This document shows, in pieces, positions 20,105 through 30,992 of a stretch of DNA of 54,454 nucleotides. This DNA comes from a virus. Its lineage: Duplodnaviria; Caudoviricetes. Under the pieces are notes generated by a model. The model worked only from the letters and a program-made list of their open reading frames with translations, was not told where the DNA came from and made no database searches. The position numbers were made by a program, and so were the translations under genes. The DNA is taken from IMG/VR virus record IMGVR_UViG_3300036668_000246, positions 1-54,454 of that record, one strand, 5' to 3'. The stretch's first letter is position 1. Each line of letters starts with the position of its first letter.

Positions 20105-22945
20105 TTAAACGCCACCCTCCAGGTCTGACAATCTCTGTTCAAAAGATTTCAGTTGGCCTTCCTGCCTCTGAATTATTCTGTGAAGCCCTGCAATTATGGA
20201 GTTAAACTGAACTGCGTCTGGCTCGCCGTTTTCATCGTACAAGACAAATTTACTTAAGCCTAAATCATGTAGTTCTTCTGCGATATATCCATAAAGGAGA
20301 GGGGCTCTAAGGTCCCCATCTCTACTTACATCACCTGTGTACTTAAATTGACGTATGACTGCAGATGTCAAGAGATCTAAGTCGATATCAGCATCACTAA
20401 TCTGTTCCTTGTACTTCTTAGAGGAGCTCTGCTTTACTACAAGATTATTGCTTTGTATGCTCATCTGGGTTCCAGACCCGGTTGGTGCTGCGTAGCTGAA
20501 ACTACCTGCTACGTTAAGGTCACCAGTGGATCGGAATCCTGGTGCCTCTATCTGACCGTTAGCATTTTTTGTAATAATTGCGCCATTAAGATTTATATTA
20601 CTGTTTGCGCCATTAAGATTTATATTACCGACTATGTTGGCATCACCATCTACGTCAAGATCTGCTTCAATAGTGTATAGTTTGTTACCACCAACAGCAA
20701 ACCCATTATCACTGAGTGCGGCATAAGTGCCATTACCGCCCTCTATGACTGCCCCGTTACTCCAGATGTAAAACCTACCGCTACCTGGACCAGCTAAAAG
20801 TAGCGATGAGCCCCTGTCAGTGCCCGAACCTATGATTGTCCCGGTTAAGTCACCCGCAATGTCATAAAATGCTGCAACGCTACCCTGGATTTCTACGTGC
20901 TGGTTGCCGCTGTTAGGAGGGGGCGCAGTGGCCAGGGTGCTACCGGTTATGGCGGTACCGAATATAGTACCACCGGTTATGGTAGTACCGTTTATGGTTA
21001 CACCATTTATACTACTTGCATCAATGGTGCCACCGCTAATTCTATCCGCGCTAAAGGTTCCAGAAGTTATAGAGGTAGCTGATAAGTTAGTTACTGTTAT
21101 TAGATTGGCATTCAAGGTCCCACCATTGATAGTGTCAGCACTTAAAGTCCCTGTGGCTACCTTGTTACCATTTATTTGAGTAAGTAATGTGGAGTCTACA
21201 GTGCCAGTAGGACCTGACCCAATAGTGAGTCCAGATGCAATTGTAACCTGCCCCGTGTTGGCGTCTATAGAGAACTTAACGTCACTAGAACTTGCACCAT
21301 ATGCCACGAATAGATCTTTACTCATCTCAATTCTAGGATAAGTGGTGCCAGAACCTGTAGCAATTGTGTTAGCGCTAACTAGATAAGCAGTGAGCTCCCC
21401 CACCCCTATCTTTGAAGCGGTAATACTTCCTGCTACGATATCGTCGGTGCCTACTCTGCTGATCCTAATTGGGTTAGGTTGAGCAGATCCGGCAGTTCTA
21501 TTCCCAGCGTTGTCAACGGCCACTAGCTTAAAGTAATAATCAGTTTCGTAATCCATGTCTACATATCCGCCAGCTCCATCGGGATATCTGGAGACAGGGA
21601 TATAGTTGTCAGTTTTTGCAATCATCGACCCAATTCGCGTCGACGAGCTAGTGCTAAATCCATTTATAGGTGACACATGTACTTCAATAAACGCAAGAGA
21701 GGGGTTAGGGGGGCTTCCGCTATTGTCAATACCATTCCAAGTGACAGTAACTACCCCAAGGTCAGCAGACAGGATTGGAGCTGACGGAGGCAGTAAGGTG
21801 GAAGAGTAGACACCAGTGCTAGTTGTGTAGGTAGTAGGGACGGACCGATTTAAACTTGTATCTACTGCAACTACTTGTAGGTATACAGTTACGCCTGGTC
21901 TCAGATTGTCTAGGAAAAAACTTGTATCTGTGCTGACAATACCGGTTTTTATATTCCAGTCCCCACTGGGCGAATAGCGAAGCCACACATCATAGCCAGC
22001 CAGATCTGTCAACGGACTATCGTTAGCATTTGTAGTGGGTGCCTCCCACAGGAGTAGCATGCTTGCCTTAGGTTGACCTGCCTCATCGGCGTAATTGTCA
22101 GCCGTGTCTGACACGTTCACAACGGGTGAGGGAGCAATAGCGTCAGAAGTTATAGCGCTGGCAGGATTAAATACTGCCCATCGGATTCCATCCCAATAGT
22201 AGGTTGTGTCGGGGTTAGTACTAGTGTCAATCCAAGTGTCCCCAACATTTATGACTTCCTGTGCCACTGAGTATACGTATTGAGTAGCCAGAACAGTTTC
22301 TAATGCTATTGGGGACGCTATTTCCTGATCAAACTCATATGTAATGCTAGAAGAGGTGGGCGTACCTGATACTAAGTAGATACCGTCTAATCCTGGATAA
22401 AGACCGCCAAGTTCAATTGTGCTAATGATGTCCCCAACCTCAAAAGTGTGGGGCCCTGTAAAGTTTATCGTAGCTGTAGTAGTACTTGACTCTGTTGTGT
22501 CTACTAAAAACCTACTTAATAGGTCCTCTACACTTGTTGAAGGGACATCTAAATTTGGGCTGTACGTCACCGTGTACAGAGGGTCGGCTGACACCCTCTC
22601 GGTTACAACAAAAACACCCGACACAGCGTAAGGTGAGTTTAGGCCCGACACTTTTATGGATTTATCTTTGGATAGTCCATTATTTGTGTCAAAAGTAAGG
22701 ACCACTTCATCTATTCCTCCAGTAACTAGTTTAGATTTGTAAGTTGCACTCACTATTTTTTTAAAAGTTGATGGCGCTGACGTTGAGACAACAACAGAGG
22801 GAGTAGAGGTGCTCCCCGCTACGTAGAATGACTCTGTCGCAGCATACGAGGCGACTTTAGTCTGGCGCAATTCTGTTGATCGGATCCTGCTGTCCATACT
22901 AGAAAGTACGTTGGTTATATTTTTTGGTCTTCTTCTAATTGTCAT
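20105..22945 (-). CDS. Tail tip/spike protein with FN3-like domains and a C-terminal intramolecular chaperone (peptidase S74-like)
   Basis: W..P...DLAGY.V...VVAVDT..N.S FN3 patterns; short repeats (GTLSAD, GTFSAD); SSSKKYKEQI...YGYIAEE...coiled-coil C-terminus. Confidence 0.8.
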   Translation of the reverse strand: MTIRRRPKNITNVLSSMDSRIRSTELRQTKVASYAATESFYVAGSTSTPSVVVSTSAPSTFKKIVSATYKSKLVTGGIDEVVLTFDTNNGLSKDKSIKVSGLNSPYAVSGVFVVTERVSADPLYTVTYSPNLDVPSTSVEDLLSRFLVDTTESSTTTATINFTGPHTFEVGDIISTIELGGLYPGLDGIYLVSGTPTSSSITYEFDQEIASPIALETVLATQYVYSVAQEVINVGDTWIDTSTNPDTTYYWDGIRWAVFNPASAITSDAIAPSPVVNVSDTADNYADEAGQPKASMLLLWEAPTTNANDSPLTDLAGYDVWLRYSPSGDWNIKTGIVSTDTSFFLDNLRPGVTVYLQVVAVDTSLNRSVPTTYTTSTGVYSSTLLPPSAPILSADLGVVTVTWNGIDNSGSPPNPSLAFIEVHVSPINGFSTSSSTRIGSMIAKTDNYIPVSRYPDGAGGYVDMDYETDYYFKLVAVDNAGNRTAGSAQPNPIRISRVGTDDIVAGSITASKIGVGELTAYLVSANTIATGSGTTYPRIEMSKDLFVAYGASSSDVKFSIDANTGQVTIASGLTIGSGPTGTVDSTLLTQINGNKVATGTLSADTINGGTLNANLITVTNLSATSITSGTFSADRISGGTIDASSINGVTINGTTITGGTIFGTAITGSTLATAPPPNSGNQHVEIQGSVAAFYDIAGDLTGTIIGSGTDRGSSLLLAGPGSGRFYIWSNGAVIEGGNGTYAALSDNGFAVGGNKLYTIEADLDVDGDANIVGNINLNGANSNINLNGAIITKNANGQIEAPGFRSTGDLNVAGSFSYAAPTGSGTQMSIQSNNLVVKQSSSKKYKEQISDADIDLDLLTSAVIRQFKYTGDVSRDGDLRAPLLYGYIAEELHDLGLSKFVLYDENGEPDAVQFNSIIAGLHRIIQRQEGQLKSFEQRLSDLEGGV

Positions 22946-25116
22946 TATGAGCGCACGCCACCAATCTTTTGTATTGAGCCATCTGAAATAAGGGTTAAGG
23001 AGACTTCTTCTGGAAGCGATGATGCGTCCGGGACGCTAACATCAAATTCTAAGATCTTGCGAATAAGTACGCCATTACTGCTTGGCTCCAGCGGGCTAGC
23101 AAGTCGCAATTTTATAAATTCGTCTTCAATAATTACTGAACACCAGTCCCCAGGCGAGAATGTCCCCACACTCGGTAGAGCCGAGCCATTTATAGACATT
23201 TGAAAGTTAGAAATTGGTGGTTTAGCATCATTTAAAAACTGCTGGGCATATATAAAAAGAGTTCCCTCGTCGCTGACATTGTCTACTTTCTCTACTTGAT
23301 CAAGTAGTGGCCATCCATCAGCTAGGTAACTTAGACTTGACTCAGCGGCGTATGGCAAGCTTGCCTCAGAGAATCCGGTGTCGTCGACACCTTGAACCCA
23401 GAATCTAGTGGCAGCATCTTCAGCTGTCTCATCTAATTGCACATCTAATATGTTGCCGGGATGCTCAAATACAAGTTGGTCTGCACCATAAGCTGCTGGA
23501 GGGGCTGTAGTACCGTCGGGAATTACACCTATATCTCCAGTGTATACCCAGGCTACGCCATTCCAAACATATAGTAGTCCGTTGGAGTTCACTATCCTGG
23601 AATCATTCACTGAATTGCCTGAGGATGGTAACTCTATATAGTAATCAACAGCATTTAAGCTATTTAGAAGGGATGTTAGGTATGCCCGTAAAGTCGGAGG
23701 AATTAGCGGCAAGAACATGAAAGTTTTTTTAAAAGTTTTAATTGCATTATCGTAAGTGCAGTCAATCCTGTACTCAAAGCCGTTAATCACGTTGGAATAC
23801 TCAGAGAGTATATCTCCCACATAAAGTAGTTCCGATCCTCTGAACAGTGGATTAACACGGGGGTCTTGTGCACTAAGATCTTGCGTAGAGTAGTCTATGT
23901 CAAGCCCAGAGTTTCCAGTAAACTCCCCATATGTGGAGAATTTTGCAGAGGGTGCTACTACCACAGTTCCACCGCCAGTTGGGCTAAATCTAATATTGGT
24001 AGATGACAGGGTTACATAGCTAAAAGTTAGGGTTGTAGGGACAGAAGATATAACGTAGAGGCCGTTTAGCGTGCCATTTACTCCACTAACTGTGACAATG
24101 TTGTTAGCCTCAAAACCGTGCGGTGTGGTAGTAGTAAGAGTGGCTAGTCCGCTCACTCGCTGCGCGTGGCTTACTGAAGCCTGTATCGGGCTTATAGCCG
24201 TATTGGTTATATTAGACCCGGTATTTTCGTAACTAAAGCTATTTACAGTTGCGGCAGTTACTACGTACCTCCCGTTAAAGTTAGGGTCCAATGCAATATC
24301 AGACATTGAGATCCGCTGACCCAGGACTAACCCATGAGCGGCATCTAACACTATAGTTGCCACATTAGACGACCTGCCTACTGACAGGATTGTTTGAAAA
24401 AACTCGGCGGATGGCTCTATTTCAGAATTGGAGAACGAAAAGTCAAAGAAGTCAACCTTCAGGCTTTCTAGTAAGTCTCTTGCGTACTCATAGGTATCTT
24501 GGCGGACGGTCACGGTCGATGCACCGTCAACTCGATCTGTAGAGGACAGGTTTACGCCATTTTTCTTTTTAAAGTAAAAGGTATCGTTAGTTGGTGCGGG
24601 CGATGCTACTACGTAGTAGTATCCGTCAAGATCTCTGTTCGTATCTAGGCCCCATGTTAGGTAGACTGGCATACCGGCTAGAAAGTCGAAACTCCCGTAA
24701 GGAAGTACCGACTTGCCGACCCCCGCAGTAATTGAAAGTTCAGTCTCATATGAGTTGCTCCAAGTTTTCCAGGCCACTCTTTTATGTAAATAGCTCGTAA
24801 ACTCAGAACCTTCTACAGAAAGAACCCTGTCTTTGACATTATAAGATCTAGTCCATATGATCCCTCCCCATACGCAGACCCCATTACGGGTCACGTAGAG
24901 GGAAGTCTTCCCGGGCAGCGTGTTGTCGTAGAGCCCTAAACCAGAAGTATCTTCTATTACAGGTATATCACCCGAAAAGCTACCAGCTTCGCGAAGAGAT
25001 CTGCTGTAGGACACATTTGAAAAAGGGATTTCTGCTAAAAAATCGTTAGAGACCAAGTCATGCACAAAGTATCGATACTGAACGTCTATACTTTGACGCA
25101 AAATTGTCTCTACCAT
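22945..25116 (-). CDS. Minor tail (hub-like) protein with inserted beta modules
   Basis: Follows Dit; RNGVCVWGGIIW motif of actinophage minor tail proteins. Confidence 0.78.
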   Translation of the reverse strand: MVETILRQSIDVQYRYFVHDLVSNDFLAEIPFSNVSYSRSLREAGSFSGDIPVIEDTSGLGLYDNTLPGKTSLYVTRNGVCVWGGIIWTRSYNVKDRVLSVEGSEFTSYLHKRVAWKTWSNSYETELSITAGVGKSVLPYGSFDFLAGMPVYLTWGLDTNRDLDGYYYVVASPAPTNDTFYFKKKNGVNLSSTDRVDGASTVTVRQDTYEYARDLLESLKVDFFDFSFSNSEIEPSAEFFQTILSVGRSSNVATIVLDAAHGLVLGQRISMSDIALDPNFNGRYVVTAATVNSFSYENTGSNITNTAISPIQASVSHAQRVSGLATLTTTTPHGFEANNIVTVSGVNGTLNGLYVISSVPTTLTFSYVTLSSTNIRFSPTGGGTVVVAPSAKFSTYGEFTGNSGLDIDYSTQDLSAQDPRVNPLFRGSELLYVGDILSEYSNVINGFEYRIDCTYDNAIKTFKKTFMFLPLIPPTLRAYLTSLLNSLNAVDYYIELPSSGNSVNDSRIVNSNGLLYVWNGVAWVYTGDIGVIPDGTTAPPAAYGADQLVFEHPGNILDVQLDETAEDAATRFWVQGVDDTGFSEASLPYAAESSLSYLADGWPLLDQVEKVDNVSDEGTLFIYAQQFLNDAKPPISNFQMSINGSALPSVGTFSPGDWCSVIIEDEFIKLRLASPLEPSSNGVLIRKILEFDVSVPDASSLPEEVSLTLISDGSIQKIGGVRS

Positions 25117-25155
25117 GTCTTTACCTTTGTCTTTTTGTTAGTCTAAGTCTAGCAG

Positions 25156-26373
25156 CTAGCCGATCCAGCCAGACTTGTACAGCACTGTCAAGCTTGCTAG
25201 CCCATCGGGGTCTGTGAATTCAATGTAGGTTTTTTCAGGAGATTCCAAAAGGTATGCCCAGTCGAGTAAGGTTTCAGTTCTAGACCTACCGCTCGTTACG
25301 ATGTCGGATCCCGAAGTAGAGATCGAGACTTCTCGAGAATAGGTGTCTATATCTAAGGTCTCCGTAGCTGCAATCGGGGCAACTATGGTTATGGTCCCAT
25401 AAATTACACCAGCTGAGCTAGAGACATATATAACTGCAGGAGAACTTGGAGAGGCTGAAGCTACTCCCCCTTCTATCCTAAAGATGGCAGGAACCGGTAT
25501 GTTACCTATATTCTCCACCTCTACCCTTGAGGCCGGGAATTGCGCCCCAGCTGGGATAGTGACCGAGTTGTAGGTGTAGAAGCTATCGTCTACCCACTCG
25601 TACTTTATTGGGTCTCCGGCCTTAAGGTCTATAGAAAAATCAATCCTACCCCTAGCATTTACGCTAGTAATTTCTGGTCTTCCGCTTAGTCTAACAAAAG
25701 AAGCTTTCGATGGCGATTCATCTACTTTTAACCATGTGCCTTTAGAGACCAGATTTGTTGCCTGTATTAGCTTATTCCTGGCTGCAGGAGTGTCCTTAGG
25801 ATTTTGAACAAGTATTGAACCTGAGAGTGTTATCTCCCTTGCAGTGTATCTACCTTTGGAGTCATACGAGCCGTCGCCCCATCCGCGGGGGAGGTCTGGT
25901 ATCTCAACGTCCGGCTGTTGCCACCATCCATCGATGTCACTGCAGATCCAAATCACCGGGTCAATATACCCGTTCTCATCGGTTGGGTCTTCTATAAAGT
26001 TTAACTTTAAATCTCCAAGACTTATCCCTGCTTGTAGCTTTAGTCCAGTTAAGTAGGGAGTTGGCAATCTAGTTAGTGAGCCATTTACTAGCCTGGTTTC
26101 GGCAGCTTGCAGGTCTGCAGATGGCGCGTCTTCGTGGTACGTACGCGCTCTCCCCCAATGGGCATAGATCACTACATTTTCCGTAGGTGTGTACGGAAGT
26201 AGAACTCGGGTGCCGCCCGTCTGTGCTGTAAACCAGCCCAGTAACTCAAAATCATATCGTACGGATGCCAAATTGTGGCCACCCGGTACGGGAGAATACG
26301 ACTCTCCTTGGACTACATCCACGCTTGTAATTGCGCTGCCACCCTGAGAATCAAACGTAATTGTATAGGCCAC
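25156..26373 (-). CDS. Distal tail protein (Dit)-like with N-terminal InlB B-repeat
   Basis: Directly after the tape measure gene; YTITFDSQGGS...GWFT..TGG...IYAHW; REITLSG, LKAGDPIKY, ENIGN motifs. Confidence 0.78.
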   Translation of the reverse strand: MAYTITFDSQGGSAITSVDVVQGESYSPVPGGHNLASVRYDFELLGWFTAQTGGTRVLLPYTPTENVVIYAHWGRARTYHEDAPSADLQAAETRLVNGSLTRLPTPYLTGLKLQAGISLGDLKLNFIEDPTDENGYIDPVIWICSDIDGWWQQPDVEIPDLPRGWGDGSYDSKGRYTAREITLSGSILVQNPKDTPAARNKLIQATNLVSKGTWLKVDESPSKASFVRLSGRPEITSVNARGRIDFSIDLKAGDPIKYEWVDDSFYTYNSVTIPAGAQFPASRVEVENIGNIPVPAIFRIEGGVASASPSSPAVIYVSSSAGVIYGTITIVAPIAATETLDIDTYSREVSISTSGSDIVTSGRSRTETLLDWAYLLESPEKTYIEFTDPDGLASLTVLYKSGWIG

Positions 26374-29300
26374 TAGAACCCACCTCGCCTCATCTGGAAT
26401 GCAAGTTTGCGGGAAACCATATTAGCTAACGCTTTCTCATCCATACCTTGAGATGGATTTACAATAATTTGGACAGTAGAGCCAGTACCTGCAGACTTAT
26501 TAGAGTTTATAGCCTCCAGTAGGCTCCTATTCTGAGCAGTTGCTCTAGCGTTGACTACAAATTCTCCATTTGATAGCATCGCAGGTATGGAGTCAGATCT
26601 AGCAGTCCCTGCACCAGACAAAAAGCCGCCGGAGGCAAAACCAGCTAGTCCGCCATTTTTAAATGCAGAAATGTATCCACCGTCTTTGTTGCCGCGGGTA
26701 ACGCCGACGCCTTTAAAGGACCTCATGTCAAACTCGGGAATAGTGAGCCTGAAGTCCTTCAATCCGGCTTCTATACTGGTCTTGAGCGCATTTGCGCCGT
26801 CTGTACCAGACTTGGAAAGACTCTTTACCAAGCTCGCTCTTTGCCCCTCCGTGCCCTCTACCAAACTTTTAACTAGGTCCGCTCCAGCTTCACCCATATT
26901 TTCTACTTGTTTATAGACCTCTTCCGGCAGCTGCGTGACAAGTATAGCTAGGTTGTCCTTCCAGTTCTGCTGTGCAACGACTTGTTCAGCAAGGCCTTCT
27001 AGATAGAAGTCTAGGTTAAATTTTTGATCGTTATAGTAGTCTTCCCAGTTATCGGTGGCGTCTTCAGTGTCGTCTGCCTGCGCCTGCGCCCAGATCTTTA
27101 GGTCTGCCTTGTTCTGGTTTAGGCCTTCTCTGTAGTCAATAAAGTCATCAAGTAGTCCTTGAATTCTTATTTTCTCGGCTCTAGCAAGCTCGCCCGCGGC
27201 TGCGGCTGCTTCGGAGGCTTCTACTTTATGACGCCTAATCGCTGTCTCGCCTTCACCTATTGCAAGATTAGCAAGTTTCTGCATGTCAATTTGACCGTCA
27301 GTGGTGTGAACGTTAATTTTTAATTGATCAGCTTGCTCAATTAGTGAAGTTTTGTACTCATCCATCTCATTTAGAGCAGTTACAATTTCTTCATTAGAGA
27401 ATCCAACTTCTGCGGTAAAACTTTTAAACTGCTCTTGCGCCTTAGGTAGATCAGTCACTGCAACGTTGGATAGAGCGCGTCCCATTGCTCCAAAAGAATC
27501 AGCGATGGCTGTAGTTTTAAAGGTAGAGTAAGTGTAATCATCTTGCGCTAAAGATAGTCGGCTCATGCTATCTTTCATTGAGTCTAAGCTTTTTATTGAA
27601 TTCGCGTAATATCCTGAATTTGCCTTAGTTGCTTCACCCCAAATATCGGATGCAGACTTTGCCTCTTCAAATCCCTCGGCAATTCCCTTGGTAGCTTTCT
27701 CCATCCGAGCACCTTTAACTGCGACCACTGCAGTGACTCCAATCAATACTGCAGCTATTATCGCAATAATAGGCGCTAGAGGCGCCATGGCAGCCACGAC
27801 TGATGCACCAACCGCTTTTGCTGTACCTCCGGTTGCAACCAAGGCCGCAGTGGCGCCGCCGGCAGCTGGAACGACTAGCCCTAGTTGGACAACAAGTCTA
27901 GTTATAAACCCCACACCAATTGTTCCAATGTTAGTCAATACAATGAACATAAGACCGAGCGCACTTGAGACTGCCACTATCTGACCTACAAAACTATCAA
28001 ATATTGGTTTTAGGGCTATCATCATTTGGTCTATACCCTCTAGGAAAAAGTTCAAAGTTTCAAAGAAAGTAGTAGGGACCGAGGAATCAGCAAGTGAAGC
28101 CACGATGCTGGTAAGAGTTTGGAGAACATCTGCAAGAGCAGGGCCCGTTTCTACTGCAGCTTGGACCAACTGTTGGAACTGGAAGCTACCGGAATCTAGA
28201 ATTCTCCAGAATTCGCCAACGGCAGGGTTTGCGCCAAGTCTTAGTATCGTCTCAAAGGCTCCGCCTATGGCATTACCCATATCTATAAAGTTCTGGGCAG
28301 CCCCTTGGAAGTACGATTCTAGGAAGATTGCATCAGCATCTTCCCACGCTTGAGTGACCTCTTCCAGCCAGTCCAAGATCATGTAGCCACCACTACCTGG
28401 TACAAAATTAGCTGCAACTATTGCCCCAAGTGATCCAAATATGTTGCTAAAAATAGAACCAAATTTGGCAGCATTATCGCCAACTTGGTTAAAGAACTCC
28501 TCAAGTTCTCCGTTTGCTTGCTGAGTATCTAAAAATGAGGCCCAAGCGTTAGTTTTATCCTCGAGGTATTCGATAAATCTTCGAGTCAGTGGGTCAGCAG
28601 CGATTAGTGATGAAAGCAGGCCGGAGAACAAGTTGCCAAAGATAGTCCCAAAGCTAGGAATGTCTCTAGCCATATTTCTAAGCACAGTATCTAGATCTTC
28701 TAAGTCATCAGTAGCTAGGAACACATCGTTAAAATTACCAAAAGCCTCACCGGATGCGGCTCCTATGTCATAGAATCTTTCCTCTAATACTGTAAATAGT
28801 CCAGAATTAATCAGCCTAGAGAGCTGCTCTTCCAGAATAGGCAAAAACCCATTGGCGGCAGACTCTCTAAGGTCATCTTGGAGAGGAGATATGAAAGTTA
28901 AGAATTCAGCAAAGGACCTCTGGGAGTCAGTGAGACCCGCGAAAGGGTCTTTAATGCCCGCGCCCATACCCTGTACGCCCTTGTTAACCTGGTTGTTGAG
29001 GTCTTCTCTATTAGAGATTGCCCTTCTATATGCAAGTTCTGCTTCGGTAAAGGCCTGCTGTGCCTCTCTTCTTGCCCTAGAGTTTGGAGCAAGGTCAGCA
29101 GTCCTAAGCAGGGCCTCCCTGGCCTTCTCTAAATCTAGTGCCGCACTGCCCTCTGTAAGGGCCGCCTCTTCTGCAGCAAATTTAAGATCTTTATAAGACT
29201 TAGCCAAATCATCTACTGACCCGCCTAATGCTGTTGTAGGGTCAGTAGCATCTGCTACTGCTGCCCCCACTCCGTTTAGTGCGAATTTAGCAACCCCCGT

Positions 29301-29699
29301 TGCAACTTTTAGTGTTATGGCCGCAGAAGCAACCGCTATAAATGCTGGGACTACAGACAAAGCAGCTCCAGCTACAGCTCCAAGCCCTCCAACTAGTGCG
29401 CCGAGGCTTCCTGCAAGCGCGCCTAAGGCGCCTTGAAGAACATATCCTCTACGGACCAGAGAACTAAAAGATTTAGATGCCTGTTCTGCTTCAGGATATA
29501 AGTCGCGAAGTTGATCACGAAGTACCGTAAATCTGTTAGTCTTGCCCCCTCGGTTGAGCCCCCTGGTTAGGGCATTTCCCATATCTCGGCCGGCCTTGTT
29601 TGCAGACTTGACAGTGCCACTAAAGCCTCTTTGTATGTCACTCTCTACCCTATCGGTAAGTGCGCGAACAACTACATATGCTGAACCTACAACGGCCAC
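26373..29699 (-). CDS. Tape measure protein
   Basis: 1108-aa Ala/Gly-rich helical protein with hydrophobic segments; N-terminal VGSAYVVV; C-terminal GAGTARSDSIPAMLSNGEFVVNA; follows the chaperones. Confidence 0.93.
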   Translation of the reverse strand: MAVVGSAYVVVRALTDRVESDIQRGFSGTVKSANKAGRDMGNALTRGLNRGGKTNRFTVLRDQLRDLYPEAEQASKSFSSLVRRGYVLQGALGALAGSLGALVGGLGAVAGAALSVVPAFIAVASAAITLKVATGVAKFALNGVGAAVADATDPTTALGGSVDDLAKSYKDLKFAAEEAALTEGSAALDLEKAREALLRTADLAPNSRARREAQQAFTEAELAYRRAISNREDLNNQVNKGVQGMGAGIKDPFAGLTDSQRSFAEFLTFISPLQDDLRESAANGFLPILEEQLSRLINSGLFTVLEERFYDIGAASGEAFGNFNDVFLATDDLEDLDTVLRNMARDIPSFGTIFGNLFSGLLSSLIAADPLTRRFIEYLEDKTNAWASFLDTQQANGELEEFFNQVGDNAAKFGSIFSNIFGSLGAIVAANFVPGSGGYMILDWLEEVTQAWEDADAIFLESYFQGAAQNFIDMGNAIGGAFETILRLGANPAVGEFWRILDSGSFQFQQLVQAAVETGPALADVLQTLTSIVASLADSSVPTTFFETLNFFLEGIDQMMIALKPIFDSFVGQIVAVSSALGLMFIVLTNIGTIGVGFITRLVVQLGLVVPAAGGATAALVATGGTAKAVGASVVAAMAPLAPIIAIIAAVLIGVTAVVAVKGARMEKATKGIAEGFEEAKSASDIWGEATKANSGYYANSIKSLDSMKDSMSRLSLAQDDYTYSTFKTTAIADSFGAMGRALSNVAVTDLPKAQEQFKSFTAEVGFSNEEIVTALNEMDEYKTSLIEQADQLKINVHTTDGQIDMQKLANLAIGEGETAIRRHKVEASEAAAAAGELARAEKIRIQGLLDDFIDYREGLNQNKADLKIWAQAQADDTEDATDNWEDYYNDQKFNLDFYLEGLAEQVVAQQNWKDNLAILVTQLPEEVYKQVENMGEAGADLVKSLVEGTEGQRASLVKSLSKSGTDGANALKTSIEAGLKDFRLTIPEFDMRSFKGVGVTRGNKDGGYISAFKNGGLAGFASGGFLSGAGTARSDSIPAMLSNGEFVVNARATAQNRSLLEAINSNKSAGTGSTVQIIVNPSQGMDEKALANMVSRKLAFQMRRGGF

Positions 29700-29711
29700 T
29701 GTCAGTCCTCC

Positions 29712-30421
29712 TTACTGCCCTATTGGGGAGTCAAGTACGCTGCCAAATGGCATCGCGCTATCTCCATTAAAATCAGTCGGTGCTACATAAGATTTTGTCT
29801 CAAATGACTCTGCCTCATAGTCGTAGTCGCCATTAGAGTTTGCAGCTCTAGACGACGATGGTGACTTAATACCCCAGTTGTATGGAACTCCATACATAAC
29901 GCCATATATGTGCTCTCTGGCTCTTGTCATCATTTCAGCAGATTCGGGGCTAGCATAGCGAAGATCCTCCTCGAAGAAGAAATGCAAGACATCACACATG
30001 TCTGATGCATCCAACTCTCCCAAGTTGATTTTATTTACCATTGCTTTTCCATGTACGTAGGGCCAGAGGTCTACCGCCCAGCTTATTAGGCCTCTGGCTG
30101 CTGATTTGGGCGGTCTGAGTACTGTCCTACTAGCCAAGCGACAATCTCGCTTAGAGTTTCAACATGTACAATTTTTTCCTTGTGATGAATTAACGTATTG
30201 AATCGTTTGAAGCTCTCGTCAACTAATATGTTTCCGAAAAAATCAGTAATCACTTGAGCAGATGTTCCACTATCTTCGCTTGATGATTTTGCAATAAGTT
30301 CTAATAGAACCGACCCCTGGATATGCCTTACGCAGGTAAATTCTTCTTCGTGTAGTTTAAATGTAACGGGCTCACGAACGGTTAATTCTTTGCCAGCACC
30401 AAAATCTTTGAATCTTTCCAT
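29712..30421 (-). CDS. Tail assembly chaperone, frameshifted long form (about 236 aa, gpGT-like)
   Basis: The 29712-30137 ORF is in the -1 frame relative to the upstream ORF and overlaps it at C CCA AAT. Confidence 0.8.
30086..30421 (-). CDS. Tail assembly chaperone, short form (111 aa, gpG-like)
   Basis: Position upstream of the tape measure gene; start revised to ATG 30421 after AGGAAAG. Confidence 0.8.
   Translation of the reverse strand: MERFKDFGAGKELTVREPVTFKLHEEEFTCVRHIQGSVLLELIAKSSSEDSGTSAQVITDFFGNILVDESFKRFNTLIHHKEKIVHVETLSEIVAWLVGQYSDRPNQQPEA
30104..30110 (-). other. -1 programmed frameshift slippery heptamer CCCAAAT
   Basis: X XXY YYZ in the correct phase (CGC CCA AAT), five codons before the stop. 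Confidence 0.8.
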
Positions 30422-30478
30422 TATATGTCTTTCCTGTATCGTCAATACCTACATAAATACGCAGATACATCAATTGTA

Positions 30479-30991
30479 CTATCTAATGTGACGTATCAGT
30501 TGGCTGCTTAGGTAGCGATTAGGCTTTGTCCCCGGGTGTTGGACTATTTTTGTTTTTATGATTCTAGAACCCTTGCTAAAAATTAGATTCCCCCCGGGTT
30601 TATTTGGGGTGATTATATGCGGGCGAGTCCCCTGGTGGTGCAAGTAGGCGTAATTTAGTCCAGAGCCAATTTTTAGTGTTTGGCCGTTAGCTGATCCTCG
30701 GTGGTGCATGTAGATGGAACCCCTAAGAGCTCCTGTCTTAACACCAACTTGTCTTCTGGCACCGGCAACTATCTTTACACCTATTTTATGCATGTGCCGC
30801 CCCACCATGCCGCTTGGTACGTTCATCTCATAATTGAGGATTGGTTTATATATAACAACACCAGACAATTCAAGGTAGACCGATGCTCTAGCCATCCTAG
30901 AGCTAGCTGGCCTACCTCTGCTTCGAGAGCGTAAGCCTTTGCCCGCCCAATATATGATTGGACTATCTGGTATTAAACCCCATGCTGGCAT
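30479..30991 (-). CDS. HK97 gp10-like neck / tail completion protein
   Basis: VKTGALRGSI, YAYLHHQGTRPHII, VQHPGTKPNRYL. Confidence 0.75.
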   Translation of the reverse strand: MPAWGLIPDSPIIYWAGKGLRSRSRGRPASSRMARASVYLELSGVVIYKPILNYEMNVPSGMVGRHMHKIGVKIVAGARRQVGVKTGALRGSIYMHHRGSANGQTLKIGSGLNYAYLHHQGTRPHIITPNKPGGNLIFSKGSRIIKTKIVQHPGTKPNRYLSSQLIRHIR

Positions 30992-30992
30992 T

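Noticed and set aside
29712-30137. Independent 141-aa gene with TTG start
   Set aside because: Better explained as the frameshifted part of the tail chaperone
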